The notes: generated by a model not told the origin, from the letters alone. 64,000 nt of DNA from Octopus sinensis (GCF_006345805.1 NW_021832231.1:434001-498000); one strand, 5' to 3'. Counted from the stretch's first letter, positions 1 through 13,464 are shown. Numbers and translations are program-made.

Positions 1-470
1 AGCATTGGAAATACAAAAACAACTGCTGGAGAATCAAATTGTAAATTTGCTAGAGACTATTTAAAAAACCGTTATACTCAATTCAACAGTGTCTGAAAAA
101 ACCGACGTAAATGTGGTCGAACTTTCAGGGTGGCCAATTAATGGAAACAACTCTCCTTCCACTGAAGGAATGCTTTATTTACTCAAAAATCGCTACTTTT
201 TGGAATATGAAACAAATAAATATAATTACTGCAATTCAGTAAAGAAAGGTTCCAACCTTGTTACAGGTAAATTTTGAACTTTGCAATTTCCCAAATATGC
301 CGAAGTTGACAGGAACAAAAAATGGTAAATTTGAGAAAGTTTACTGTATGCCCGTAAAATATTTGTTTTTATACAGGTATAATTGAAAAATCCAATGTAT
401 TTTATTGAAGGAATTTCGTTACCTATAGCCAGAAGTAATTTGGCCTGTTTATTATCACTAATTCCCTTAT
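1..470 (+). CDS. 3' part of an unidentified spliced gene running in from the left edge
   Basis: Open frame 89-277 followed by GT..AG-bounded short segments. No family recognised and exon phases are uncertain. Confidence 0.25.
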
Positions 471-608
471 AATTTTTTGATTCGGCTAAATAAATTATTT
501 TAAGACAGATTTAAGAGGGCGTAGAATCTCAATCAAAGAAAATTTACAACAAAAAGTGCATAATTTTAAAAATGACTTAATTTTAACAGAATGTGGTGAT
601 AATTAACA

Positions 609-1030
609 TAGTTCCCTCCGGTCCTGGAGCCGTTTGGGTTAGACCGTGGTGACGGAAAACGTCCCGATGGGTCCACGCTATTCCCGTTCAAGGGGGACTC
701 GCTCTCGTTTGGGACGTCACATGTGTCGACTCGTTTTCTCGTCATCTCCCATCGACTCTGCCTCCCCCCTGGCTCAGCTTCCGCACATGCCGAAACGAAA
801 AAAATCGCAAAGTACGCCTCATTGGAAAACACCTGCCTTTTCGTCCTCCTGGCTTTCGAGACGAGTGGGATAATCGGCCCAAAAGCCCTGGAGTTCCTTT
901 CAGAAATCGGTTTGATTATCTTAGGAAAAGTCACGCGAGACGTGAGTCTAACTGGCTTATTCAGCGTATTTCGCTCGCGATATTGCGCTGAAACTGCCAA
1001 TCTATTCGCTCGTCCTCTCAATCAAAAAAT
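609..1030 (+). mobile_element. CRE-clade non-LTR retrotransposon, 5'-truncated (REL endonuclease end)
   Basis: Frameshifted translation PVLEPFGLDRGDGKRPDG..LVWDVTCVDS..KYASL..LAFETSGIIGPKALEFL..WLIQRISLAILR, the typical PD-(D/E)xK C-terminus of CRE elements. Confidence 0.85.
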
Positions 1031-1104
1031 TAACATTGTGGATCACTTAACAAAGATTATAGTTTAATAAAATTGACACCCTCAAAAAAAAATTAACATA
1101 GTTT

Positions 1105-1260
1105 ATAAAAGTACTCTTGAAGAAGAACGGTAAAACGATTTCGAAACGCACTCGGGAGACGAGAGAGGCTCCTTGCTTTCTCCAGAAAAAACAACTCTAT
1201 GGCTATTTGCGGCACAACCGATGTTACACTATTGAAATAAATAAAATTAATAAAATAAAT
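1105..1260 (+). mobile_element. Degraded CRE-like 3' end fragment
   Basis: LKKNGKTISKRTRETREAPCFLQK..(MAI)LRHN resembles the CRE terminal motif (allowing indels), followed by an A-rich tract. Confidence 0.45.
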
Positions 1261-1981
1261 GAAAAATTGGACCAAAAATGCTTTTTCTTTAAAAAAATTA
1301 ACTATTTAAACCACATGATACCACTACAATGATAGTTATTGTCCGGGGATATGACAAATTATCACATCATTTACAACAAATTAACATTTATTATTTAAAG
1401 TAGGTACACATAGACACTTATTGACAAGCATGAAAACCATGTTTGGGTCATGATAAACTTATTGAGTGAATTACAAAATTTTTTTGAGGTTAACCCACAA
1501 AAAAACGTTCTTAAAATTAGCTATAAAAAAACAAAAGTGTCTTAACATATGTAACATACTTAACAGATATTAATATGCTGATTATTTTCCAAAAATAAAT
1601 TGGTCAAACTATTTAGTATTATTAATTGATAATCTATTAGATACATTCAGTACACATGATTCACGTCATTTTTGACGCCTTTAATGTTTTTATTAAATAA
1701 ACTATTTTTTGTTAGAACCTATAATATAATTAAAAATTAAATTTTTATCATAAAATAGCAACAAATTTTTTTACAAAGTCCCCTTCCTACAGGAAAAAAT
1801 GAGTTATTAATTTTAATAATAATCGTATTTCTAGAGATCATTATAGGAATTTGCTAATCGTTATTTTGCCACATCGTAAATTTAAATGATTAACTTTATA
1901 ATAACCACATTAAGCTACGTGCTTAACGAGTATTACTAGTAGGTTTGTTTTTACTTTGCTCCAATACTAGTTATTTACAAC

Positions 1982-3907
1982 ATGAATCTAGTCCGGCCAT
2001 CTAAATTTAGACACGTTTATGGAAAAGTGGCTTCGCGAGACAAATCCTTCGATGACCTGAGGCTAACCAATTCTCCAATTGATTCCAACATGATTGCTGT
2101 CAGTAAAAAGTTTATTGCTTTTGTCGAAACTTCGATGGGTGGAGGAAGTTTCACAGTCGTGCCAATCACCAACGTTAGTAAACCACAATCTAAAATTAGT
2201 TTGGACGCATTGAGAGAAGCGCACCCCGAGTTACTGGGCATAGTTCAGAAGTTCTCGACATTTTGTTTTCTCCCTTCAACGACAATATTATTGCCAGTGC
2301 GAGTGGTGATGCCAAAGTACGGATATGGAAAATCCCAGACCATGGACTTGTAGTCGACCTAACAGAACCTCTCGTTGAGTTAGTTGGTCACGAACGGAGA
2401 GTCACCACACTGTGTTGGCACCCTACCGTCGACCATGTTCTTGTTTCAGGAGGTCAAATATTGACTTTCACATTTCAGGTCTCGATCCGTTTTTGTTGTT
2501 GTGGAACACCTCCACCGGAACAGAGCTAAATCGTGTTTATCTCAATGACGGATTATCTCAATGTTCCTTCAATTATGACGGATCTAAACTGGCCGCTATA
2601 CTCAGGAACAAAGAACTGGTTGTCCTCGACCCTCGACGTGACCAGATTGAGAGAGTAGTGTTCTGACTTTTATTTATAGTCGGTAATAGCCCACGGGGGA
2701 GTAAGACCTGCGAGGTGTGCCTATGTCAGTGGGAACAGAATTTTTACTTGCGGCTTTGAAAAGGGCACTTCGAGAACTCTGTCAATGTGGAATGCTGTAA
2801 TCTACTAATCTCCTAATACTTTAGGACGATTTAAGTGAGCCACTTCATAAAATGTTTTTTGATGATAACCGAGGCATATGACACTTCATTACGAGCCAGA
2901 ACACGAAGTAGTGTTTATTGCCGGAAAAGTTACCGGAATCTTTCGATTACGCAATAGGGAGAGAGTTTTGTGACTATTTTTGAGCTGACCAAAGAGGAAC
3001 CCTATATTCACTATTTGACGACATACCAGTCTTCTAATGATTCACAAAAGGCATTTTCTACTCTTCCAAAGTTGGGATGCAATCATTTGAATTGTGAGAT
3101 AGTCAGGTACGTTCTTTTTCTTTACTCTTTAGGGGCTATCGTGGTCTCAACAACGGATTTTGTGAGATTATATCTTTTACTGTTCCTCGCAAAGTATTCG
3201 CATTTTTTGATTTTTTAAGTCGGAAACTTTCCAAAGTGATCTGTTTTGTGAAATCAGGTCCGACGTCCCTGCACTCACGTTGGAAAAGTATATGGAGGGG
3301 GAGAATACGAATCCCAACATGGTTAGGATATCAAGGATCTATATATTTTTAGGTTTCTCTGAATCCAGCAAAAAACAAACAAAAAAGGCCTCCTCTGCCA
3401 ACTGAATCACTCCAAAATTCAAAAAATACTGAACTCGAATCTTCCCCGATTACCAAGATAAATCCATCGCCGGAAAAAAATTCCAAAGTTACCGAGGCTT
3501 CTCCCTCAGTAACAAATATTGAAGAAACGGTCTCCGTTGAGGATGCTGTGCAAAATGAAATAGTTTCTATTTCACTAGAACAAGAACAAGAGAAGAATGA
3601 TGATAATTGTATGACAACTGCATTGTGTGAGAGTCCTCCAAGAATAACCCCAGAGACGTTAGAGGTGATTGACTTGAACAAAATATATTTGTCCCTGACT
3701 GATTTGTCATCAAAGGTTGACTTGATTTTTTCCAGATTGGATAAAATTGACTCAAATTTATCGAATCTAAACGAAAAATCTCTTAAAGATTCTTTGGAGG
3801 TTCAATCTTGCCCCGATGGCCCTTCAGAGAATTCGAACCAAGTTTTGTCTGAGAGTGAAGGTGTTGATATCAATGGGAGTAAAATCGACTGTCTGAATGA
3901 AAAATAA
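1982..3907 (+). CDS. CORO1: Coronin (type I, WD40 plus C-terminal coiled coil), about 7 tiny introns
   Basis: MNLVRPSKFRHVYG; GGGSF; VLDILFSPFNDNIIASASGDAKVRIW; TVPRK/SETFQSDLF; C-terminal coiled coil. First intron gttagtaaaccacaatctaaaattag (26 nt). One apparent 1-nt deletion near 2878. Confidence 0.93.
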
Positions 3908-4570
3908 ATTTAATCCGAAAATTAATATAGCTAACGTTTTCTCGGAAAGATTTCTGTTTTTTTGGTTTTTTAGAAAATTAATGTTCTGTATATAAAAAAT
4001 GATTAAAGAATTCCTTTCTATTCTGTCTTTATTTAAACCGACGAAATCCCTTGAATGAAGATTCCTAGATACTTTGTTCAAATCACATCGTCAAAAAAGA
4101 TGATTTAAAACCAATAAAAATTGACCTTGATTTAAAAGCCTAGCATTGGGAATGAATGAAATTTATGTCAGGATAATCTAATAATTTAACGAATCTTTAG
4201 TTAAACCCTTTTCATTTTATTTCATGATTTTTTTAAAAAAATTATTTTTTCATATTCCTTAAAATGTGAAACATTAAATAATAAAATTAACTATTTAGTT
4301 TAACGGATGTATGTCTTTTTGAGCAAAAAACGCCTTTTCGACAATAAATTCTTAATTTAACTGCTGGCTAAATGATCATTAATATACATTGTCAATCTTA
4401 CTAATATTTTTTAAAACATTTTCCAACTAAAATTTGTTAAATAAAGTCCGGTATTATATTTGAATGGTTCTTGATTTATAACTTTCAAAATCTGAACAGT
4501 TTGAAATAGATTGAAAATCATTTTCTTTATAAATTTGAGAAGTATTATTTTCTGAATCTAAATGCACCAA

Positions 4571-5335
4571 CTAAAACAGCAAACTATTAAGACTGTTTGT
4601 GTAATACTCAACGTTGACTGTTGATGTGGAAATAGATATTCCTTTATTTGTAAAATATTCATAACTCTCCGGATCTGTCACCAAAAGACTGATCTCTCTC
4701 GGGTTTTTCAGTATTTCATTCACAGCCATAATGTGATTCATTTCGAGGATAGGAGTGTGGTTGATTTCAATTAAAATGTCGTTCTCTTTGATTTTGGCTT
4801 TGTCGGCTTGCGAATTTTCAGTCACATTACAGATGGAATGAAGCTGACCTGATTTGATTGTCGAAAGAGTGAACCCGTACTCTTCTTCATTTTCTAACAC
4901 AATCCGACACAATCGGACTGTCGGGGTTTTTAAAAATTTTTTTTCAGAAGGAACACTCTTTATTCGTAATTCTTCCAAGGTTTTCGCCTTTGATGAAAAT
5001 TTTGTAGGTGATTTCTTCAAAGATTTCACCTCTTTATGGGAGCCGACTATTTCGTCTCTATCTACCTCGAATATCAAATTCTTTCGACACTTCATTATTA
5101 TTTCTCGAATACGGTTTATAGACTTTTTAGTCACATTTTCGCCATTAATCTTGACAATTACGTCATCAACACGCAAGCCACTTTTCTCTCCAGCTGAATT
5201 TGGTCTAACATCAGAGATTATATGGGTTTTCGTATTAGGATTTGAATCAACCGAAAAGCCATAAATATTTTCAGGATGCTTCAGTGTTAATCTGAATTCA
5301 GACATTGAAATATATGTCATCAGAATACTATTCAT
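4571..5335 (-). CDS. Two-PDZ scaffold, NHERF1/PDZK1-like, single ORF of 254 aa
   Basis: Two PDZ domains (YGF..ISDVRPNSAGEKSGLRVDDVIVKING; YGFTL..VTENSQADKAKIKENDILIEIN..LLVTDPESYEYF). The post-PDZ LLVxDPE motif is NHERF-like. Confidence 0.8.
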   Translation of the reverse strand: MNSILMTYISMSEFRLTLKHPENIYGFSVDSNPNTKTHIISDVRPNSAGEKSGLRVDDVIVKINGENVTKKSINRIREIIMKCRKNLIFEVDRDEIVGSHKEVKSLKKSPTKFSSKAKTLEELRIKSVPSEKKFLKTPTVRLCRIVLENEEEYGFTLSTIKSGQLHSICNVTENSQADKAKIKENDILIEINHTPILEMNHIMAVNEILKNPREISLLVTDPESYEYFTNKGISISTSTVNVEYYTNSLNSLLF

Positions 5336-5887
5336 TAAAAAAATAACGAAAATAATAAATATTTAATTAAAAAAAATTTGTTTTTATCGTGGTTCAAGTT
5401 TTAATCTTTTGAAGATTTTTATCCATTGAATTTGCAATTCCTAACTTGCGGAGAGTTATAAAATAATAATGAAACAAAAATTGTATTTTTTTAAAATGAA
5501 ATTTAGCAAAAATAAAACTTTATTAATACACTTCAGAATGTAAAAACCAACAAGAGTCAATAATCCAGAGAATATTAAAACTAAGTTAGGGAATTCCAAA
5601 AACTGACGATACCAATGTTGTGTAATTGTGACAATTTTGAAGTGATTTGATCCACACTGAAGTAAAAAACCCGAAATAAGTGCGTAGAAATAGAAAAGAA
5701 TTGATTTCAATTTTAAGAATAAAGACACAAATACAATTTTCTGTATCCTTGAGAAACTATCACGTTTCTTACTGTAAAATATTTTTCCAGATATCAGATA
5801 AAAGACATTAAAATGCGTAGAAATTCTCAAAAGTGATACAGCCAATTATCTTTTGATTTTATAATCTAAATTAATATTTTATTTGCT

Positions 5888-6280
5888 CCCGTTTGAGTTC
5901 GGCAAGTCTCTGTTATGGGATGCGACGTGTTCAGAGACACTTTCTCGGAGCTCAACCTTCCTTCTTCAGCTGTCGAGCCTGGCTCAGTCTCTCGCAAAAC
6001 CGAGAAGATGAAGATTGGAAAGTACAAGGGCTCTCTGAACGGTATCTGTTCACTCCCATCGCCGTCGAGACTTCCGGCGTCATCGGCGAAAAGTCTCTTT
6101 CCTTCTAAAAAAGCTTGGCCGCATGATCTCCCATAAACGGGGAGACCCACGCGAGTCCAAGTGGCTTTTCGAAAGGATTTCCTTGGCCATAGTACGTGGA
6201 AACTGTGTTTCCATTTACGATGCCGGGAATTTAATTAGTTAATAACTATTTGTTAATTACATATAAAAAAAAAAAATTAA

Positions 6281-6317
<37 letters not shown>
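5888..6317 (+). mobile_element. CRE-clade retrotransposon, 5'-truncated, with poly(A) tail and 10-bp TSD
   Basis: PFEFGKSLLWDATCSDT..YLFTPIAVETSGVIGEKSL; poly(A) about 6265-6317; TTTATTTGCT at 5878-5887 and 6318-6327. Confidence 0.92.
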
Positions 6318-6320
<3 letters not shown>

Positions 6321-6662
6321 ATTTGCTAATCGGCGAGCTACTGAATTTAAATTCAAAAAATGGCTTTAATTTTCAGTTTAGTTCAGATAATGATAATTAT
6401 TACAAATATTAAAAAGAACTAGAAATTTTTTTTAAAGACTGGAATTTATATTATGAATGAAAAACAGTTTATTTTGTTAATCGGGTGAATTTTTGAGACT
6501 CAAAGGACTAGTCGAAAGATCGGGATTTTGTTTTTTAAAGTCGACACATTATTTTTCAATGGTATAATATTTACGATCTATATGATATTTTTTATGGATC
6601 ATCTCTTTTTATATGTACTACGACACAAGATTTTATTCTTAAAGACAGTATGGGCATTGTAA

Positions 6663-9600
6663 TTATTTTTCTAAACAAAAAGGGCATGTCCTTGCGTTCT
6701 GCAGTCGCAAAAATTCATACTCCTCAGTATTAAAAAACTAAAATAACACAATAATCAAACTCGCCAACATCTCTCACATACACTCACAGCGACTTGATCG
6801 ACCATACATCGATATAAAGTCCATTTCAAAGGGTACGGATTCCTGACAACAATCACGTCAGAAATATGGAGACTTCGCAAAACATCAACCCCCACTGTAA
6901 ATTTGTCACCATTCGAAATGTTCTAAAAAGAGATTTTAAACCAACCCCTTGAAAATGTAGGAGTGCACTGGAAAAGGGATCCTTCTCTGTTTTGTCTTCG
7001 ATGATAAGTTTTTCTTCCAAAATATCTAAAAAACAAACCTTCGTGACCATTTGTAGTGGTTGGTTTGAAGTTACTTTTAAGAAGTTTTATGAGCTCCTCG
7101 TTACTGATATCCTCACTGGGGGCAAATTCCACGAGAGGAAGAGCATCTGAGATTATTTACTTGAATAAATACCAAAATTATCAAAAGCATAAACAAAGCG
7201 ATATCCGCAAGAAATGCAGACAGATTGGTCGTTACATAAAATTGGATTTGTCGTGAGGCAAGTGAAACAGTTTATGAGGACGTCATTTTCGTCGGTGAGG
7301 GGGGCAGCGGAGACAGTCAGAAGTGTTCCCGTTATTTCTTTTTCTAATTGTGGTGACAAATTCATATTCAATAGTTGTTTGCAACAAAATCTCGACAAGT
7401 TATATGTTCCCAATTCAAGTCCAGTTTTAGCCATTATCGATAATAAAATACTTTTGTTATATATTGTAACAAATTAAAATTACATTTTGGATATTTTAAT
7501 GGATTTAGGCATTCTTTCAATCGCGTTATAAACATATCTTGCTCTGTTAAATAATTCAGTTGGTGAACATTCTAATGACGGATTAACCTAAAATCAGAAA
7601 ATAAACACTACTTACATCATGGAAGGCCAAGGGAATATAAGCGTAGAGAACATTGGCCATCTCCTTATATTCCTCATATTTTTTCAAAATTTCATTATTA
7701 TTAATATATTCTTTATTCTGTCGTGAAATGGCTCTAATAATATCCCCAGACATTTTATGGCAGAACAGTGAGGCCTTATCATAGTTCCCCAGCTCGCACT
7801 GCACCGAAACATAATCAGAAGATAAATTAAAAGCATCCTCGAACATTTCAGCTTCAAAAAAAGCTTTATATTAGGTCAGGAAACCAACAGTGGACTGCCT
7901 GCTCATATTTCCCCGTCCTTGTCAGATACGAGGCGTGGCTCTTGTAAATATAGTTTTTCTGTTCTGGATATTTGTCACCCAGGATGAACGCCTTAAATGT
8001 TAACTTGACTTGTAAACGTCATTCCACAGGTTTCCTTCAATACAGGCCATTACAGCTTTTTCGGTCAATTCAGCCTTAATAAAAACATCTGCTGAGTGAC
8101 GGAATTGTTCTAATTGGAGTAAATAGTCTCCACACAGTGTAAGGGGTTGAGTATCCTCGGGGTCCAAATCCCTCCCAAGTTGTATTAACCTAAGAATTGT
8201 ATCTTTAAGGGGTACATGTCCTTCCAGGAGTGTTCTCCAGCTATTTTAATGGCTTCCTCATAGTTGTTAGCTGCTTGATACAACTCTGCGGCAAGACGGG
8301 GGTTTCCTGTCACACGTGCATGTTTAGCCTCTCTTCCGGCAATAATTTTGGTTTGGGTAGGGTCAGTAGCCAGCAACTGGGATGATTAATCGGACTTACA
8401 CGTGCTTTCTGAAACATACCAACGTCCAAATAGATTTGTAGAGCCATTTGTTTTTGCCCCGCTTGTTCATACAGCTTAGCTGCCTCATCAAAGTTTCCCT
8501 GATAGGCCATTATTTTAGCCAGGACTGAACTATCGTGTGTTTTCCCCTAAAAATGAGGAGACTGAAATGACTTTAATGGAATGTATCAATTCAAGGTAGA
8601 GAATGTCTTCCAATTGAATGAACAATTGTCTTGCCAAGTCAAATTGGAGTTCTCTCATGAAGGCCAGTGCCAGACTGCGCTTGTCACACTCAGGAATGCC
8701 AATGCAGGCAGTTTCGTAGGCAGTTCTGTCATTACATTAGAGAATGGCACCTGTATTGTTTTTGTTCAAACATATAAAAGACCGCATCTGTCAACGGAAT
8801 TTGTTTGGACTCCAGCTCGACAGGAGTTTGGATATACAAAGTGCACCCAATAAATCCAGAAATGACCGAGTCGTCCTAAATTCGAAAAATCCCCAAAACA
8901 TTGATTTCTTGGTGACAGACCTGCCTTCCATCGACTAGGACGTACAAGTCCTGTTCTGTCGAATAAGCCAGCATGTTCCTACAGGTCAAATGCCATTTCA
9001 TGCTTATTGCACATTTATCCTAACATTGTGCAAAGAACATAACGAGACTTGAAATATAATATCTTCGCTGTCCAGATTATATACTGTTAGGAGTTTTTCT
9101 TTGTTTATGAGGGCCAGTCGATCACGGTGACTGTTCAGTTCTCCGGCAATTACAGGCAGTAGTTGGTTCTCTACCAAAACTCTAGAAAACTGGCTATCGA
9201 TGCAAATTTCATGCACCTAAGCTTATACTCCACCACGAATACCTGCCCATTTTCCAGTCCAACAATTAATAGTTCCCTCTTGGGACACCCTCCGGTCACG
9301 TCGACAAATGTTACTGTGCTAGGGAAATTCCAAGTTTTCAGGAGACTCCCACTTAAGGAACAAATCGATACTAAGCCATTCTAAAAGCGAGAATTATTTA
9401 TGAAAATTTGGACAGAAATTGAAACAAGAGTCGACGTGAGCAGGAATGCGGGCCTGATTGGACCCTCTAAAGGCAAGGAGGAAATTAGGTCGCAGGAGAT
9501 CTTATCGGAAAGTTCCAAGTCGGTCTGGTAAATGTAGATTTCCTTGGCCACAGCAATCTACGTTGATCAACCATCAAGAACTCCGAGTCTGTTTTTGTAG

Positions 9601-10813
9601 AGATATAAACCTTCCACATTTTCCCTCACCCTTAGACGTGCTAGAAATTATCAAAAGACACCACCTCCCCGATTCTTCATCAGACATTGCAAAATAACTT
9701 CTCCGGAATCAGTTCGGTAGGCGTACTGTGTTTGGTAGAAAGCAGCCACAACCCTCTTCCTCAATCGATACACAGACATACACCCGTCTTCAGATGTAGC
9801 CGACTGATTAAAATATCGATAAATACAATATATTGGCAATTTTTGTCCATAGATAGGGACCAAATCCAGGAGTTGGCTTGGAAGATTTTTCCGGTCATAA
9901 GTCCGTCTTTGTTGAAGGAGAGACATTCTCCAGACGAGCCAGCCACAAAGACACTTTCCGCCTTTGGGTTCCACACAAGCGCGGAAGGATCAAAATTGAC
10001 AGGTTGAGAGTGGACTGTCTGTGAATTGTGATGACTGTCATTTCCGGGGACAAACAGAATTAAATTTCTTCCAAAGTCAGCGGCTGCAACAATATCGAGA
10101 CGTTCTCCCGAATCGGAATAGACGCTTGAATTAATGTCAATTCAATACCTGGCAGACACCGTTGATAGACTCCAAATTGGATATTTTGAAAGACTGATTT
10201 TAGATAAACTCTTCCCTTCCTAGTTTATGGGACTTTAAGTTTTACGCTATTTTTGACGACAACAATTCCGTCGAAAAAACTAACAACAAAGTTCGAATTT
10301 TCAGTTAGCCAAGAACAAGACAGTGCACGAGAACTATGACTCAGTTTATTCTTAGAGACTGCCTTTTGGTCTTCTCCCCACAAAACTAAACATTCTACTA
10401 TATTATAAACCATATTCGTGCTGACTTACTCCTAGCAGTTGTCTAGTCTGAATGTTAAAACTGAGTGATTGGATAGAAGTGGATAGCCTAAAATACAAAA
10501 ATAGCTTTACGTGAATTTGACAAGTCCCTTATATCCTTTGGAGATACTCCAAACAATGACAACCTTGTCAGCCCCACCAGAGGCCAAATACTCTCCATTC
10601 TGAGTCGTGGCCAAACAGTAGACAATGTCCTTGTGTCCTTTGAGGCGATTGATGATCTCCCCGTTGAGGAGACTGAATATTGATATGCAGTTTCCGTTGG
10701 TTACTGCGATCTCCTCTCCTTGACCGACATAGCATGATGCCCATGCTCTGGTGATTATTTAATTTTATTTACGGAGATTGGAGTTGAATCTGCCAAAGGA
10801 GTGTTGATTCCAT
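6663..10813 (-). CDS. IFT122: Intraflagellar transport protein 122 (IFT-A), many tiny introns
   Basis: LKGHKDIVYCLA..ASGGADKVVIVW; LWGEDQKAVSK; VGLENGQV; AYQGNFDEAAKLY; C-terminal CERCWRFFNTEEYEFLRLQ..TCPFC then stop at 6663-6665. Confidence 0.9.
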
Positions 10814-11155
10814 GACAACTGTTATTTATTTTAACAATAATATTATCATTCTTTAACTGTTGTTTTGAGTTTAAAACAGCAGTATATTCAATATTTTCAA
10901 TAAAGAGATATTAACAGCACAGGATGAGCTCCCGTGAGAAAGTATCAGAGCAGGTCGAGACAAAGGAAAATAGTTATCCCAGAATTATGAATTTATTTTA
11001 TTGTAAGAAACAAGATGGTTCGAGTTATTTATACAATTTATAAACAAAACGCGTGTCGATATGTTCATTTTCTCTGAATATGTTCATTTTCTCTTGTGTA
11101 ATAAAATTTTTTCATACTTATTTTATAATAACAGGTTTTATCATTAAAACTAGTA

Positions 11156-11972
11156 CAGTCAAACCCCTCTAAACCGATTCTTCTTAAGATTGACAGAATT
11201 GTCAAGTATAGAGAGAAGGCCGATATATTGAACAAGTCATTAAATTTACTTGTAAAGTAAAAGTAAAACAGTAAAATTAAAAGAAAGCTGTAAATAGACA
11301 TTTAGCTTTGATTTAGAAATAACTTTATTGTTCAGATAGACCAGTCTGTTGACGAAATCGAGTAACGTTTGGTCTTGAGTGCAAATTTAACATTTGTGGA
11401 CCATTTCTGCCTGTTGATATATGTTTTTGCTTTTAAACTTTAATGCTGAAGGAGATTACTGAGAATCCCTTGGACGTCTAAAATAACAGACATGAATATA
11501 CTAAACGTGAGTATTAATTGATGACGGCGCCACTTCGTCAAACGTTTTAACACTGTAGATGCAAAAAATTTTCAACCGGAAGGACAAAGCCCAGATACAA
11601 ACTTGTATGTCACTCTAACCCGACACCTAATCACTGTGCAACCAACTTGTTTTTTGGTGGAAAAAAGTTCCACGTTAGAATATTTTACGTTGGATGAATG
11701 TGATGCTGCATCATCCAAAAACATAATAATTTTTAGTTTCTGATGCCTCATTTCACATCTTACAATCATTTGAAAACAGTTTGTAACGTTGGAGAAGTAA
11801 ATACAGGTAACTCATTCAGATTAATATTTTCAACATTTGCTTGTTCACCACTGATATAGTACGGAGCCATCATTTTTATTTTTTGATTTTCTGTCGAGTT
11901 GTTCGCAATTCAAGGTTAAAGACGATTAATAAATTAGATCAAAGATTGATGTCATTTAGAGGGGTTTGACTT
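11156..11972 (-). mobile_element. pogo/Tigger-like DNA transposon, internally deleted, 17-bp TIR, TA TSD
   Basis: CAGTCAAACCCCTCTAAA at 11156-11173 and its inverse at 11955-11972 (terminal mismatch), each flanked by TA. Internal DDE_1 remnant KIIMFLDDAASH..SNVELF on the minus strand. Confidence 0.8.
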
Positions 11973-12231
11973 TAAAATATTCACGACAAAACTTTCAGAA
12001 TGAATTCATCGATGATTATTGGAATTGTGACTAAAGTTTACATTATATTTGGTGACTTATCGAACTCTGTTCATTGAATCAGAACAGAGGAATTTTAGAA
12101 ATTCCAGATTAAAATACGAAAGTAATATACTCAATAAAACAATATCTTAAATCATATTTGATTTATTAAAAAATTGATCTTATTACATAAATAATGAATA
12201 ATATTTTTAGTGACGTGTACACCGTAAATCA

Positions 12232-13464
12232 ATGTTCAAAAAAACTGGAAAGAAAAAAGCAAAATTTCCAAGCCACGAGTTTATCCGCCAAAACGCAGAG
12301 GACATTTTTGGGTCGGTAGCAACTCTAATCTTTATGGGAACACTCTTCTCCGTCACCAATCCCTTCGCTGAGAAATTCATATTTTTAACCCCCAATGATA
12401 CCAGTACTCTAATTCTCCTATCCATAGACTTGCCTTCCTATGCTTACAGTCCTTACGATTTTTTAAACATATTCTTTTATGCCCTCATCTGGGTCATGGC
12501 AAGTGTAAACCTCCAACACTACGTCGTCAATGTTAGTATTTTTTTTAACAGGCAGTTCCTGACCAGACACCAAGTCTTCTCGAAGATTAAATTGTTCGAA
12601 TTCTCAATGAAGATTCACTACTTGTTCTTTCACTTGGCCAACTTTTCCTTAGCTGTCTACGCCCTTGTCCATGTATGTTTGGCCGGATATCCTAGACCTA
12701 CGGAAATGGATTTTATGGACAAATGCTGCAGGAAAAATTGTCAGAATTTATAAATTCTGTCCCTGACGAGGGCACGTCTTTCTGGATTAAGTTTGTCCTC
12801 CATTTCGAGTTGTCTTATTATTTACACCACTTTCTTATGATGTATTTGTTTAAGATCAAACAGGTGGGGGTTGGACTGTATTTGTAGGAGTTCGTGATTA
12901 AGCAAATTATCTTCTTATCCCTGTACTGCTTTGTACTCATTTGTGGTTTATTCTCACAGTTTTCTTAGTTTTTTGAGTTTTAGATGCTTTGTGGTGGTGT
13001 CGGTTCTTTTTGCTGTCCACTCGTTTGAACAATTTTTTTGGAATTTGTATTGCTGTATGGATGCTCGGTTTAAAGGAATTACTTCAAAATTGCTGTATTT
13101 CACTGTTTTCTAGTTATAGTTGTGTACTTTGGAGTGTGGCCTTTTTTCTCTCAGCCTCATTTTTTTTGATTTTGACATATCTTTGGTTGACGTTTGTATT
13201 TTTTGCCATATTTTTATAGAAAAAAATTGGTTGTGGACGTATTTTTGACCGGTGATTTCATGACTTTTCGATTGATGATGATCGGATTGATTTCAGTGAT
13301 TCATTTTTATTGGATTTACACTTCAATTTCTCTCTTGGTTGGAAATGTGTTTTCCTGTTTTTCACAGGTTGTGGTTTGAGTGAGGATCCTAGGATGTCGT
13401 GAAAGAAGACAAGGGGGAAGAAGTTTCGAATAAGAACGTCGCTTTTAAGAAAAAGAAAAGATGA
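12232..13464 (+). CDS. TRAM1: Translocating chain-associated membrane protein (TRAM, TLC domain)
   Basis: FPSHEFIRQNAEDI matches the TRAM SHEFxxQNxADI motif; DFLNIFFY; KFVLHFELSYYLH; multiple hydrophobic helices; basic C-terminus KKKKR. The 3' exons are approximate. Confidence 0.85.

Noticed and set aside
5456-5845. 129-aa hydrophobic ORF on the minus strand
   Set aside because: An F/L/I/K-rich composition is expected by chance in AT-rich DNA, and there is no motif.
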